In this document: positions 36,401 through 42,724 of the stretch, piece by piece
How the letters are laid out: every line of letters begins with the position of its first letter
Position numbering within the stretch: the stretch's first letter is position 1
Virus record (IMG/VR): IMGVR_UViG_3300036773_000096
Location: 32,001-96,000 of that record
From: a virus
Reading direction: 5' to 3' (one strand)
DNA length: 64,000 nt
Translations under genes and position numbers: made by a program
Notes under the pieces: model-generated
The model's input: the letters and a program-made list of their open reading frames with translations, nothing else
Database searches by the model: none
Told to the model about the DNA's origin: nothing

Positions 36401-38177
36401 AACCGCCGGGGATGGTGTTCGCACCGGCCGTCACGGTGGTGGTGCCGTCGGCGTGGGCGGTGCCTACCGGATTCGGCTTAACGGGCGCGGCGGGCGCGGG
36501 CGGGTTAGCGTGCGGTGCTGCCCCCGGTGGAACCGCCGGAGCCGGTCCTGCGACGCCCGGCTTTTGCTGCCCGCCATCGGGGGCAGCGCCGGCCTGTGGA
36601 GTCACTGCCTGCGCGGCGACCGCGTCGAGACGCTTGGCGGCGACCTCCGATGGCAGCACCAGCAGGCTGGCGGCCATCTCGTGCGGGTCCTGATCGGGCG
36701 GCAGACCCATCCGCGTGAGGGCTTCCGCGAGGGCGTCACGATCCTGGGTGGCGATCGCCGATTCGGCGTCATCGCGGGCGCCGGCCGCGTCGACTTCACC
36801 GACGGGCGCGGGGGCGGAGAACGGGGTGATCTGAGACAGGACGTCGCGGACGGCCTGCTGGTCGGCGCTGCGCTGCTTGGCGTTGGCCCACCGCTTCTTA
36901 CGCGCTTCGATGTCATCCCAGGGGATGCCGATCTGGGTGAGGTGATCCAGCGCGGCGTCGATCTGGTCGGGGGGCGCGTCGGGGGGGATCTGGGCGGCGT
37001 TGGACAGGCCGCTGCCCGCATTGGCGGTGTCGACGATTGTCCAACCGGCGCCTCCGTGGACGGCGGCGAGCTGCCCATCGGTGGACGCGTGGACATCAGC
37101 GCCGGGGGCGGCGAACTGGGCGAGCATCGCCAGGGAGTTCTCGGCCAGGCTGGAGTCACCGAACGCCGGGGTCTTCTGGACCTGCTCATTGAGTTCCTGG
37201 TACCGCTGATGCAGCGCGGCTAGTGCTTTGGAGACACCGGGGCCGGGCGGCGCGAGCGGGGCTAGGGCAGGGTCACCGGGCGCGCCGGCAGCACCGGGTG
37301 TGCCCGGCTTGGCGGGCATTCCGGGGCCACCGTGGAGCTGCTGGGGCTTGACCGGCCCACTGGCGCCTTCCGGTGCGGTGGTGGCCGCGATCTGTGCGGT
37401 GGTGGGTGTCTGGCCGCTGCGGGGACGCATGCCGGCTTTGATGGGGGTGCCTAGGGGCATGCCCCAGAACTCGGCGTCGCGCACGACACGGATGCCCTTG
37501 TACTCCACGCCATCAAGCACAGTGGTCCCCTCGTCGGTGACACCGGAACGAGACTCATCGTACCAGATGTCCCCGACACCTTCGGAGAGAGATTTCACCC
37601 CCGTGAGGTGCGCGAGCTTATGTGCCCCGTGCAATACCTGGGACCACTCATACAAATCATAGTCATGCAGGTAACGCTTACCGCTGCGCATCCGATAACC
37701 ACCGGGGCGCACCTTATACCCAATGGAGAAACATTCCTCCGGCCCGTAGAACTTAGCGTCCGCGTAAGCGTCGCGGCCGATCTCTTTATCCAGGTTGTAC
37801 TTCGCCTTGATCAGCAGACCGCCCGCGTTGGCCGGCCACGGCTCACCCTGCGGAGTCGTCTTAGGCAACTGCGGGTCACCCGGCATGAGTTCCTTCGACC
37901 ACACCAGCCGCGACACCTTCGCTGACCAGTTGTGCGACATCACGCCCTTGGGCTTCAGCCGCTTGATCGCGGTGGCCAGCGAGCCCGGCACGATGACGTC
38001 GCCGACCTCATCGACCACCCCAGAGACCGCGACCAGCGCCGTGATCGTGCCGTCGGCGTCGTCGTGACCGATCACCCCGGTCAGCGGGGAGGTCATCTCC
38101 GCTGTGGGCAGCGCCTTCCACTCCAGCGCATCCATGTCCTCCGGAGTGTCGACGTCATCCGGGAACGTTGTGGTCAC
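27486..38177 (-). CDS. 3563-aa fusion: HK97-type prohead protease + long linker + N6-adenine methyltransferase + SNF2-like helicase (DarB-like) + zinc ribbon
   Basis: Protease: DEVGDVIVPGS, GVMSHNW, FSIGY, LYEWSQV. MTase: VLEPGSGSG, GNVPFG. Helicase: HVVGAGKT, DEAH, ATGTP, HHLDAPWRPSDVEQRDGRIMRQGN. C-terminal CPECG/CPSCG. Confidence 0.92.
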   Translation of the reverse strand: MTTTFPDDVDTPEDMDALEWKALPTAEMTSPLTGVIGHDDADGTITALVAVSGVVDEVGDVIVPGSLATAIKRLKPKGVMSHNWSAKVSRLVWSKELMPGDPQLPKTTPQGEPWPANAGGLLIKAKYNLDKEIGRDAYADAKFYGPEECFSIGYKVRPGGYRMRSGKRYLHDYDLYEWSQVLHGAHKLAHLTGVKSLSEGVGDIWYDESRSGVTDEGTTVLDGVEYKGIRVVRDAEFWGMPLGTPIKAGMRPRSGQTPTTAQIAATTAPEGASGPVKPQQLHGGPGMPAKPGTPGAAGAPGDPALAPLAPPGPGVSKALAALHQRYQELNEQVQKTPAFGDSSLAENSLAMLAQFAAPGADVHASTDGQLAAVHGGAGWTIVDTANAGSGLSNAAQIPPDAPPDQIDAALDHLTQIGIPWDDIEARKKRWANAKQRSADQQAVRDVLSQITPFSAPAPVGEVDAAGARDDAESAIATQDRDALAEALTRMGLPPDQDPHEMAASLLVLPSEVAAKRLDAVAAQAVTPQAGAAPDGGQQKPGVAGPAPAVPPGAAPHANPPAPAAPVKPNPVGTAHADGTTTVTAGANTIPGGYDLPKTPPATPEAPAAPADDRKYGTPVLVNTYGIKPGSYPTVKASEVRAGDHVMLSRHDGGKVTQAKPGRTGQTLITYDDGTGGGTQTRGVKNRSALPLVSAGTPAVDPNKPQAAPEHEYKPTGNHNAPEKLTDAQLAAESAAAHERHMTARRNNLPKNSLEYSDSKLAATRFGDESRRRAAATVAESTPAPEVDAHPLVTPAAPDDSALLAQLSGHVSAPHLSAALATLARDQSDPALAHAATIARGSLDSPSAKTPEKLAAELIRVKNQMAEAPDSATLHATLDGLQRIVAALKADNSKVQVGGKPRAGSPQRQLLHENLAEYTRHVRGALHADENPDTPGDQPPATAPEDTGGPKVKPDPLRPAPGQIDYSAIQKRSHPAYRDAALRQLDDTELASVKREATRRGGHGANMADSVRTEEIRRRITPDELRKRADKTGGGASDGEAKRMRDRADDYERRDAAGIGRHDFATLPLGEHPKAPESTGGEVPAGTPDGTVPVPPEVADSAHRIRGEALGLSDGPDGQEEVTQEVADRQERVAALLETGEAGLADQTDPQLTETRKDLTDELALQDELHRRDTERKREAATRKAEAGASSVSATDAPAGPEDTGPKVRPGVAGAAEDLGDALNATPRDDAAVAAAAERFAKMLRRHGDSTAFDDIRTAIGDGDIHTAIASGKLKAGMLFTAAGALREQRRVKRNEGAKARRLAKRLDRDRIKSLIGSVDAELRRRKGAPEDGKRGAVDAPRKGPVPSTAAPSTEPAPHSQQVRRDERDARLAADGNRVTRAQEHMREARAAADGGDFEGAFAHLDQAQELNPERQRLWDKARGIVTGQRDRAKGAQSPQREGDDRGSSGEASRSVVPDVPAAGVRGDQGQADVLRRPGRASAPADTADSRPTGGAGSGGGELPREAGAPERRAASGDGEGDAGVPDEPAAPERPGQRAATAGDTGPVDGADGGSDGSGADSSTGGLPGSPGGTEAAAPGQREGGDADTAGAPSAPDVTETDQPSADVGQVDAIPDTGESFHPTGLDDFAPAGKKSKLEANLAALRTLRQLQDERRAATPEEQATLARWAGWGGLPEVFDDNKPEYAKQREELRGLLSDSEWAEARRNTLNAHYTDPRVVQSLWKAMGDLGFDGGRVLEPGSGSGTFIGFAPEHADMVGVELDSTTAAISRALYPHATIRNESYAATRLPAGSFDAAIGNVPFGDFALTDRVHNPGRKMSIHNHFIAKALAQTKPGGLVTLLTSRYTLDSKDSAARKKLAELGDLVGAVRLPTGGHSRISGTDVIEDALIFRRREPDAAPLTSQDWVNSHDQDINGHTITINDYFTAHPEQMLGEVTAEKGQYGTGSLIVKGDKTMADLPAALDRIVAAAKADGITASPRMEGLTAFTTPDDDRHEGHIAAHEDGTFTQAEQGTAVALDVPAKHAEAVRGLIGLRDTLRSLLAAEAASVSDSPDIKALRKQLNDRYDAFTKKYGPVNHYTLTKSGARKPDPARNLFRKDPMSAIVRALGAYDAETGTESKTSIFRKRASTPREIPTHADSPEDAVALSMDTYGRVNLPAIATMLDTDEAGARERLGDLVFEQPPLSAADADAAFRAHIEEASGIASDGGRFGGISAGLNLDDAPDTSALDSVGEAVRSEGSLEPAAAYLSGNVRRKLAAAREAAKRDDRFAKNVTALEAVIPPDLGVDEVDGRLGAAWIPADDVRAFMVELLSDGDDPYHSIKVSTSGGGIWTVEGGQWGTKATEEWGTDRLSAGEIIQSLLEQRSIQVRDTIKDADGKSKSYPNLEATTAAQAKAEELSDRFSEWLWEDSDRTRRLLAAYNNQFNAIRLRSYDDMPRVFPGMADSFDPFDHQVGAVNRMVSEPCALLAHVVGAGKTAEMAMGTAELKRLGLANKPAIVIPNHMLEQFSREYLQIYPNAKVLAAGTDDLAGDKRREFVARAATGEWDAIILTQKAMEAIPMSRPAMQAYIDREMATMKAQLASAQASAAGDSAKEKTVKKMENSLIKAEEALKAKLDKVKDAGVSWEETGIDYLCVDEAHMYSNLRTISNIQGAGATGSDMASDLHMKMEHLRANNKSGRVGTFATGTPIRNTVTQAYIMQRFLDPETLREAGIHSFDQWAATFGKTVDEMELKPEGTGFRQTTRFAKFRNVPELLRLFHLFADVKMADDLNLKTPDLATGGVQNVIVPASPELSAYVQELGQRAEDVRNGKVKPEDDNMLKISGDGRKAALSMALVGEKHQPGKIEEAADNIYKIWDANKDRPVPKDINDPAGGDDPPPGGMQIVFCDMGTPGGAGMNAYQKLRDELAARGMDPKSIRFMHEAKNDREKAELFAAARNGQVSVLVGSTEKMGVGTNVQRRAVALHHLDAPWRPSDVEQRDGRIMRQGNTNKEVAIFRYVTEGSFDAYMWQTLERKKKFIDQIMRGKMGDVREIEDVGDTALSYAEVKALATGNPLLMDKAKVDVTVGKLTRLERQHARTQTNLRRDVVSYGANAEQADADAAAYNAAIAKRTDISGDKYSINVAGITARTRADGATLLKSAMQDQIRERRYGYAGSKPKPLGTIGGHVLLGQPEVHYDKLGTKRFGMTLSWEGLPGNIVHISPSDVEKLGAGINTTLANSLNNLEFRRDLQVDRAASLRSEAATMKARIGVPFAHAAALKEATAESARLQAAMEAAGMKGDAGPQQDEATKGLATARTKASAKVALMGRGSAGPEKDRLKRFSIPAASPDAAASPDGTLAALGSGNKLEVFMTSDGELIPRPDDARGAIDNVHALLDDLAALDFPWAEGHWAINRRIQPGYSGGYEAPDYSKPYEERERIRKAKEAARQAEADAERAKIDAVWKRHLVVEEKTAGSLVDELTMLRAARLGVEFKLRAQQGPKPSDTDADGPDTDGPEDVESYEDTVIEGYRYVMDASGMLVKVAPCPECGNDIMIPAYGMVGTAPCPSCGTGALQGRATATVG
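33386..33850 (-). CDS. TnpV-like protein nested out of frame within the giant ORF
   Basis: GAGAGAGGG RBS, ATG at 33850 (or GTG 33844); strongly G/C-ending codons in this frame; pattern QPQAY..LAEQARQ..EKLGRLNAAQQAATEKVMREFL resembles TnpV (PF14198). Confidence 0.75.
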   Translation of the reverse strand: MIVGVLARQAEAWYRTYQPQAYAGIKDKQTFFDDLAEQARQQIQQTADQLAGPDPEGESYPEKLGRLNAAQQAATEKVMREFLMSPPPPNAPDNALPLPATPDPSMVPTEDPTDQALTQALADFQAAQEELRQQHRDSAKAAMPTLPERPAHLT

Positions 38178-40042
38178 GTCACGGCCTCCGCCGATGCCGC
38201 CTCGAACAGCGCACCCCAGCCACCGTCGTCAGCACCGGGGTCCGGGTCGCCCGACGGCACCCCGTCGACCGGGTCCGCCTCGGGCTCGGCCTCCTCGACC
38301 ACCACAGGGTCGGGGTCGGCGACGAGCTTGGAACCCAGTGCGGCCAGCGCGGCGGTGCGCTCCACCTCACTGGGTGGCTCGGCGTCCTCATCGGTGTCGC
38401 CCTGGGCTTCGGCCAGCTCCGCGAGATAACCCTCCACCCACGGCTCATCGAAAATCTGACCCCAGTCGTCGATGCCGGCGAACATCTCCGCTAAGTCCGG
38501 CTCGGCCACAGCGAGACTTTTGACCTCCGTGGCATCCCAGTCCCAGTCAACCAGCGACTTCACACCGTAAGTGATCGGCTTGCCGGGCTTGGCTTTCGCG
38601 GTGTGCGCGTTCTTGCCCGGCCACTCACCCGTGGCGATCTTGTGAATGTTCGCGGTCAAACCGTTCAGAATGCGCGGATTGTGCACGTATTTCGCCAGAT
38701 GCCGGCGCAGGCGCTTGAAATCACCGGGAATGCCCGGCTTCCACTTCGCCCGGCCTTTCGCGGTGCGAGCCCAGAAGTTACGCAATCGCGACGCCCCCGG
38801 CGACGGTGAGGTGACCTTGACCTCGACCCCGTCCTCCAGGGACTTCCCGTGAAATGAGTGCGGCTCCAGGTAGCCGATCTTGGCGTGCACGTGGGGCTCG
38901 GCGCCCAACCGGATCGCCTCGGCCGCGAGGTGTTCTTTGTGCTTGGCCTTGTGGCTGTCGCGGACCTTCGAGTGTGCCCGGATCGCCGCGTGCAGCGCGG
39001 CCAGGTGCGGCAGCGGTGCGGGCGCGGCATTGCCCGGTGCCCACGACTTCGTCTCAACCTCATCCTCAGGTGCAGACTTCGTGCCGCTGCCGTCGGTGCT
39101 GGCACCTTCCAGCGTGTCGATGCGGGACAGGGTGTGCGCGCTGGCCCCCAGGCGCTTCGCGTGGCCCCGTAATACCCGCACCCGCGCCGGGCGATCCTCA
39201 GTGGGACAGTTCCCGTGCTCCTCGATCGCCCGATGCAGATCATCAATGGACTCCAGGCGCGGCCCGTCATTGACCACCCGGCCCATGTTCATCTCCCGCA
39301 CAGCGGCCTTGACCTCCGCACGGCCCATCATGTCCCCAGCCCACGACAGTCCCGCCGGCCCGCACGCCCCCGCGACCCAGATCAGCCCCGACATATCCAG
39401 GGCCTTGCCCTCAATCACCTCCTGCGCGTACGGACCGTCCAGGCCCTCCGCCGCGTCGCGCACCGCCTTCGGCGGTGTGAACGTGATCGACTTGACCTGT
39501 GGTCTGGGCATGCCCGCCTCCTGATCTCCCAACGGCACATCGAGCACGTCACCAGCGAGCGCGAGGCGCAGCGTGGTGAAGCGCACCGGGCCGGTGTAGC
39601 TCAACGCGTCGATGCTGATTCCGTAGCCGGCCGTCACATGCCACAGGACAGGGGTGTGCTGGTCGGGTAGATCCGGGTAATCCTCACCCGTAGCCATGAC
39701 CCAGGTGGCCCATTTGCGCAGTGGGTCAAGGTCGGGCGTGTCGCCCACCAGGTAGACCGCACACGGCTCTTTGTCGCTGCCGGCGTCCCCGTCGGGGTTC
39801 AACGTGGCGTGACCAATGATCCGAGCGGTGACCGCGTCCAGGCCCGGCCCGCTCGCCGTGATCAGCTCTTTCAAGTGCTGGGCTTGCCCCGCCGGCCACT
39901 GAGCGACGTCATCGCCCAGGTAGAGCAGGGTCAGGTGGATCTGATCGGCAGGATCACCGCCGTCGACAACCAGCTCACCGGGATTGTCGGGGATCAGTGC
40001 GAGCATGCCCCCGCTGTAGGTCTTCGGCTCCTCGTCAGTCAC
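38174..40042 (-). CDS. Head-associated multidomain protein with an N-terminal 2H phosphoesterase domain
   Basis: Two HxT motifs (IHLTLLYLG, WHVTAGY); C-terminal RNFWA..KWKPGIPGDFKR..ANIHKIATGEWPG domain; GTGA-coupled to the giant gene; start trimmed to GTG 40042. Confidence 0.8.
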   Translation of the reverse strand: MTDEEPKTYSGGMLALIPDNPGELVVDGGDPADQIHLTLLYLGDDVAQWPAGQAQHLKELITASGPGLDAVTARIIGHATLNPDGDAGSDKEPCAVYLVGDTPDLDPLRKWATWVMATGEDYPDLPDQHTPVLWHVTAGYGISIDALSYTGPVRFTTLRLALAGDVLDVPLGDQEAGMPRPQVKSITFTPPKAVRDAAEGLDGPYAQEVIEGKALDMSGLIWVAGACGPAGLSWAGDMMGRAEVKAAVREMNMGRVVNDGPRLESIDDLHRAIEEHGNCPTEDRPARVRVLRGHAKRLGASAHTLSRIDTLEGASTDGSGTKSAPEDEVETKSWAPGNAAPAPLPHLAALHAAIRAHSKVRDSHKAKHKEHLAAEAIRLGAEPHVHAKIGYLEPHSFHGKSLEDGVEVKVTSPSPGASRLRNFWARTAKGRAKWKPGIPGDFKRLRRHLAKYVHNPRILNGLTANIHKIATGEWPGKNAHTAKAKPGKPITYGVKSLVDWDWDATEVKSLAVAEPDLAEMFAGIDDWGQIFDEPWVEGYLAELAEAQGDTDEDAEPPSEVERTAALAALGSKLVADPDPVVVEEAEPEADPVDGVPSGDPDPGADDGGWGALFEAASAEAVT

Positions 40043-40280
40043 AGGCGTCACCGGGGAAGTGCCAGGTTCCCCCGGCCATCGCCTCGTCATAGGTGCACTC
40101 GTTGTGGTGCGTTCCCGTAGGCGTGATGACGTAGAAGTTCCACATGCTGGCGCCCAGCTGCTCAACGGCGATCGCTGGGCGGCAGCGCGGCCGGTAGACC
40201 TGCGTCCCGTCGATCAGGACGGGGCTACCGTGAGCGCGATAGTGCACATGGTCGCCGATAGTGAGCTGCACGTAGCGCAT
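40035..40280 (-). CDS. Hypothetical protein
   Basis: MRYVQLTIGDHVHY..CRPAIAVE..GGTWHFP; overlaps the start of the next gene. Confidence 0.62.
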   Translation of the reverse strand: MRYVQLTIGDHVHYRAHGSPVLIDGTQVYRPRCRPAIAVEQLGASMWNFYVITPTGTHHNECTYDEAMAGGTWHFPGDACD

Positions 40281-40461
40281 GGTGTCAGCCACGGCGCTGC
40301 CGGGAGCTGGGGCACGCCGCATGATCTGGAATCGCCCGCACTGCCCTGTTACACTCGGCCTTGCGGATCTCGGGACCCACATTGAGGCTATGCCTCTGTG
40401 GGATAACCCTCGGGTGAGGCCGGAACCGGGACAGCCCGCCAGCAATGGCGGGCTGTTCGCG

Positions 40462-40854
40462 TTAACGGGCTTGCGACATCCGACCCCGGCACAGTGAGCA
40501 CACCGCGAAGACGTAAGTCAGGCCCTGAAGCTTCGCCATCGCCCCGGTGAGGTGATCAGTGACGGTGTTCTCGACGACGTGACCGCACCCGTCACAGGTG
40601 AGGTTCGCGACGGTCTGGGAACTGGGTGCGGTCACCAGATCGGTGCACAGACCGCAGACGACGAGCCCGCACTTCGCGGCGGACATCACCACGGGCATGC
40701 CGTTGCGGGGAGTGGGGTTGTGCATGCACGTCTTGGACTTGCCGTCGTGCCACAGCGCCCGATCGGCTTCGATCTTGTCACGGAGCCACAGGGGTAGGTC
40801 TTCGATGCGCTGGAACTGGCTACTGCGCTTGAGCTTCGATCTACGAAGTCCCAT
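40462..40854 (-). CDS. Cys-rich putative zinc-binding protein
   Basis: CMH, CGLVVCGLC, CDGC, CSLC. Confidence 0.6.
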   Translation of the reverse strand: MGLRRSKLKRSSQFQRIEDLPLWLRDKIEADRALWHDGKSKTCMHNPTPRNGMPVVMSAAKCGLVVCGLCTDLVTAPSSQTVANLTCDGCGHVVENTVTDHLTGAMAKLQGLTYVFAVCSLCRGRMSQAR

Positions 40855-41084
40855 TGGATCCCCTAGCGGGTGTTGGTAGCGGCCGGAACGGGCGGGTGGG
40901 GCGGCCACCCCGCCCAGTGCCACTAGGCAGGGGGACCGCCCCGGAACAGCTCCGCCCGTGTTCCGACGAGGGAGAACGGAGCTGTCCCTTCCTTACACCG
41001 GCTCCCACCCGGCGATTGGGCCTGCGCCAGTCGTGAGCGATCCTTCCCCGATGCTCACTTCCGGAGGTCCCTGGGAGTCTTGGG

Positions 41085-42077
41085 TTAGGCAGCGAGCCCG
41101 TACATCTCCCGGATCACGGTGTAGGCCTTGATCTGGGTGGCGGCCAGCGTCGAGGACGTCAGGGCCCGGCGGGCGCGGGCCCGGTCGAGGTTGTCGTCAC
41201 CGCCGCTGCGGATGCCCTGCACCCACTGGCCGTACTCGTTGATGGCCTGGTAAGCGCCCCATGCGGTGCCGGTGATGTTGGCGTTGGTGGGGCCGGTGTA
41301 AAGCTCCTGGAGGGCTTCGACGCGCTTGTCGTAGCGGGTCTGCGCGGCCTTGGACTCCCCGCCGAGCGGGTACATGATGTCGATGATCGTGCCGAACTCG
41401 TCGTCGGTGACCGGCGTGGCGAGCATTTGGCGACCCTCGGTTTCCAGGTCGCGCATGCCGGCGACGGTGGCCATCAGGGTGTCACCGGCCAGCGCGGTGC
41501 GCTCCAGGGCGGAGGAGGTGTGCCGGATGGTGACCTTCAGGTCGCGGCCTTCGCGGACCATCTGGGACTGCTGGTTGGCACACCACGCGCGCTTCGCGCC
41601 GGGAATGAAGTGGTTCGACGACAGCCCGTGGGACATGAACGCGGTGACGTAACCGATCATGCGGTCGTCGCCGACGACGATGGGCTCGGGCAGCTCCAGG
41701 GAGACGAACGCACGCGCCCCGCCGATGCCGTAGTGCCGGACGTCGATCTTGCCGGCGTTGGCGATGGTGGCCCCGGTCTGGCGGGCGACGGCATCCAGGG
41801 CGTCAGCGTTGTCCTCGAACTGCACCACCTGAAAATCGTCGCCGACAGTGATGTTGTGCAAGGGCTCACCGAGCGCGTTTTCCAGGCAGTACTGGCCCTC
41901 GACGAGCTGGCCGGTGTTGGCGGACAGGACGGGAACCTTGCGGACGTCCATGCCGGCGATCCCGGCGTCAATGAGGGCCTGGTGGGCGGAGCCGGAGTGC
42001 CGGACGTCGGTGCCCAGGGTGGCCATGGCGTCGATACGGCCGTCAATGGCAGGGGCGGTCGCGAGTGCTGCGGTCAT
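41085..42077 (-). CDS. DUF932-family phage/plasmid protein
   Basis: FQVVQFEDNA, R.WCANQ, IRHTSSA and GTAWGAYQAINEY motifs. Confidence 0.85.
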   Translation of the reverse strand: MTAALATAPAIDGRIDAMATLGTDVRHSGSAHQALIDAGIAGMDVRKVPVLSANTGQLVEGQYCLENALGEPLHNITVGDDFQVVQFEDNADALDAVARQTGATIANAGKIDVRHYGIGGARAFVSLELPEPIVVGDDRMIGYVTAFMSHGLSSNHFIPGAKRAWCANQQSQMVREGRDLKVTIRHTSSALERTALAGDTLMATVAGMRDLETEGRQMLATPVTDDEFGTIIDIMYPLGGESKAAQTRYDKRVEALQELYTGPTNANITGTAWGAYQAINEYGQWVQGIRSGGDDNLDRARARRALTSSTLAATQIKAYTVIREMYGLAA

Positions 42078-42101
42078 TGAGATCTCCAGTTGTCGGTGCG
42101 G

Positions 42102-42121
42102 TCGGAACACTTTCGAGTGTA
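42102..42121 (-). promoter_or_regulatory. TANNNT-N7-GTTCCG promoter
   Basis: TACACT-cgaaagt-GTTCCGA. Confidence 0.6.
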
Positions 42122-42216
42122 GCGGGGCTGCGCTATTGCCGCAACTGTAACGCAGCTCCGCAACTCTGCGATGTAGCGGGCGTAAGCGTTCCGACCCAAC
42201 CGAAAGCGAGCACCAC

Positions 42217-42474
42217 ATGACCACAGCAGTCACCACCCCAGCCGCCGAACCCACCACCCCCAACCCGCACACCAACACCCTGGCGATCCTGTCACTGGTC
42301 TTCGCGTTCTTTTGCTGGCCGGCGGGGCTCGTCCTCGGCCACATCGCCCGCAGTCAGATCAAGCTCACCGGAGAGCAGGGCAAGGGCCTCGCCACCGCCG
42401 GACTCGTCATCGGCTACGCGTGCCTCGCCGTGATGGTCCTGTTCATCTGCGCCACCATCGCAGCTCTGGCGTAA
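42217..42474 (+). CDS. DUF4190 membrane protein
   Basis: TNTLAILSLVF..GLVLGHIARSQIK.TGEQGKGLATAGLVIGY. Confidence 0.85.
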   Translation: MTTAVTTPAAEPTTPNPHTNTLAILSLVFAFFCWPAGLVLGHIARSQIKLTGEQGKGLATAGLVIGYACLAVMVLFICATIAALA

Positions 42475-42511
42475 AGTCAGCCAAGCTCTGGTCCGGCGGT
42501 CTACGGCCAGG

Positions 42512-42548
42512 CGAAACCCGGCCCGTGTAGCAAGCGGGCCGGGTTTCG
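42512..42548. terminator. Bidirectional terminator hairpin
   Basis: Perfect 14-bp stem CGAAACCCGGCCCG / CGGGCCGGGTTTCG between convergent genes. Confidence 0.8.
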
Positions 42549-42553
42549 TGGCG

Positions 42554-42715
42554 TCAGGGCTGAGTTTTCTTACCGTGCGCGACCGCACCCCAGATCACCG
42601 TGACGACGAACAACACAATGGCCACATAGAGCAGCCAGCCCACGACGTGCACCGCCGCGCCGATGACGCCCACGATGACCCACAGGATCAGCAAGCCGAC
42701 AATTAGTCCGATCAT
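42554..42715 (-). CDS. 53-aa two-TM hydrophobic protein
   Basis: MIGLIVGLLILWVIVG..; read manually, directly after the MuF stop codon. Confidence 0.65.
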   Translation of the reverse strand: MIGLIVGLLILWVIVGVIGAAVHVVGWLLYVAIVLFVVTVIWGAVAHGKKTQP

Positions 42716-42724
42716 GGGCGAACC

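Noticed and set aside
34383-37223. 946-aa plus-strand ORF, plus many other long plus-strand ORFs opposite structural genes
   Set aside because: Antisense shadows of GC3-rich minus-strand genes; no motifs and V/G/R-biased composition
27486-38177. Intein or group I/II intron as the cause of the giant ORF size
   Set aside because: No C/S...HN splice motifs, LAGLIDADG or RT motifs recognised; the helicase motifs appear in normal order
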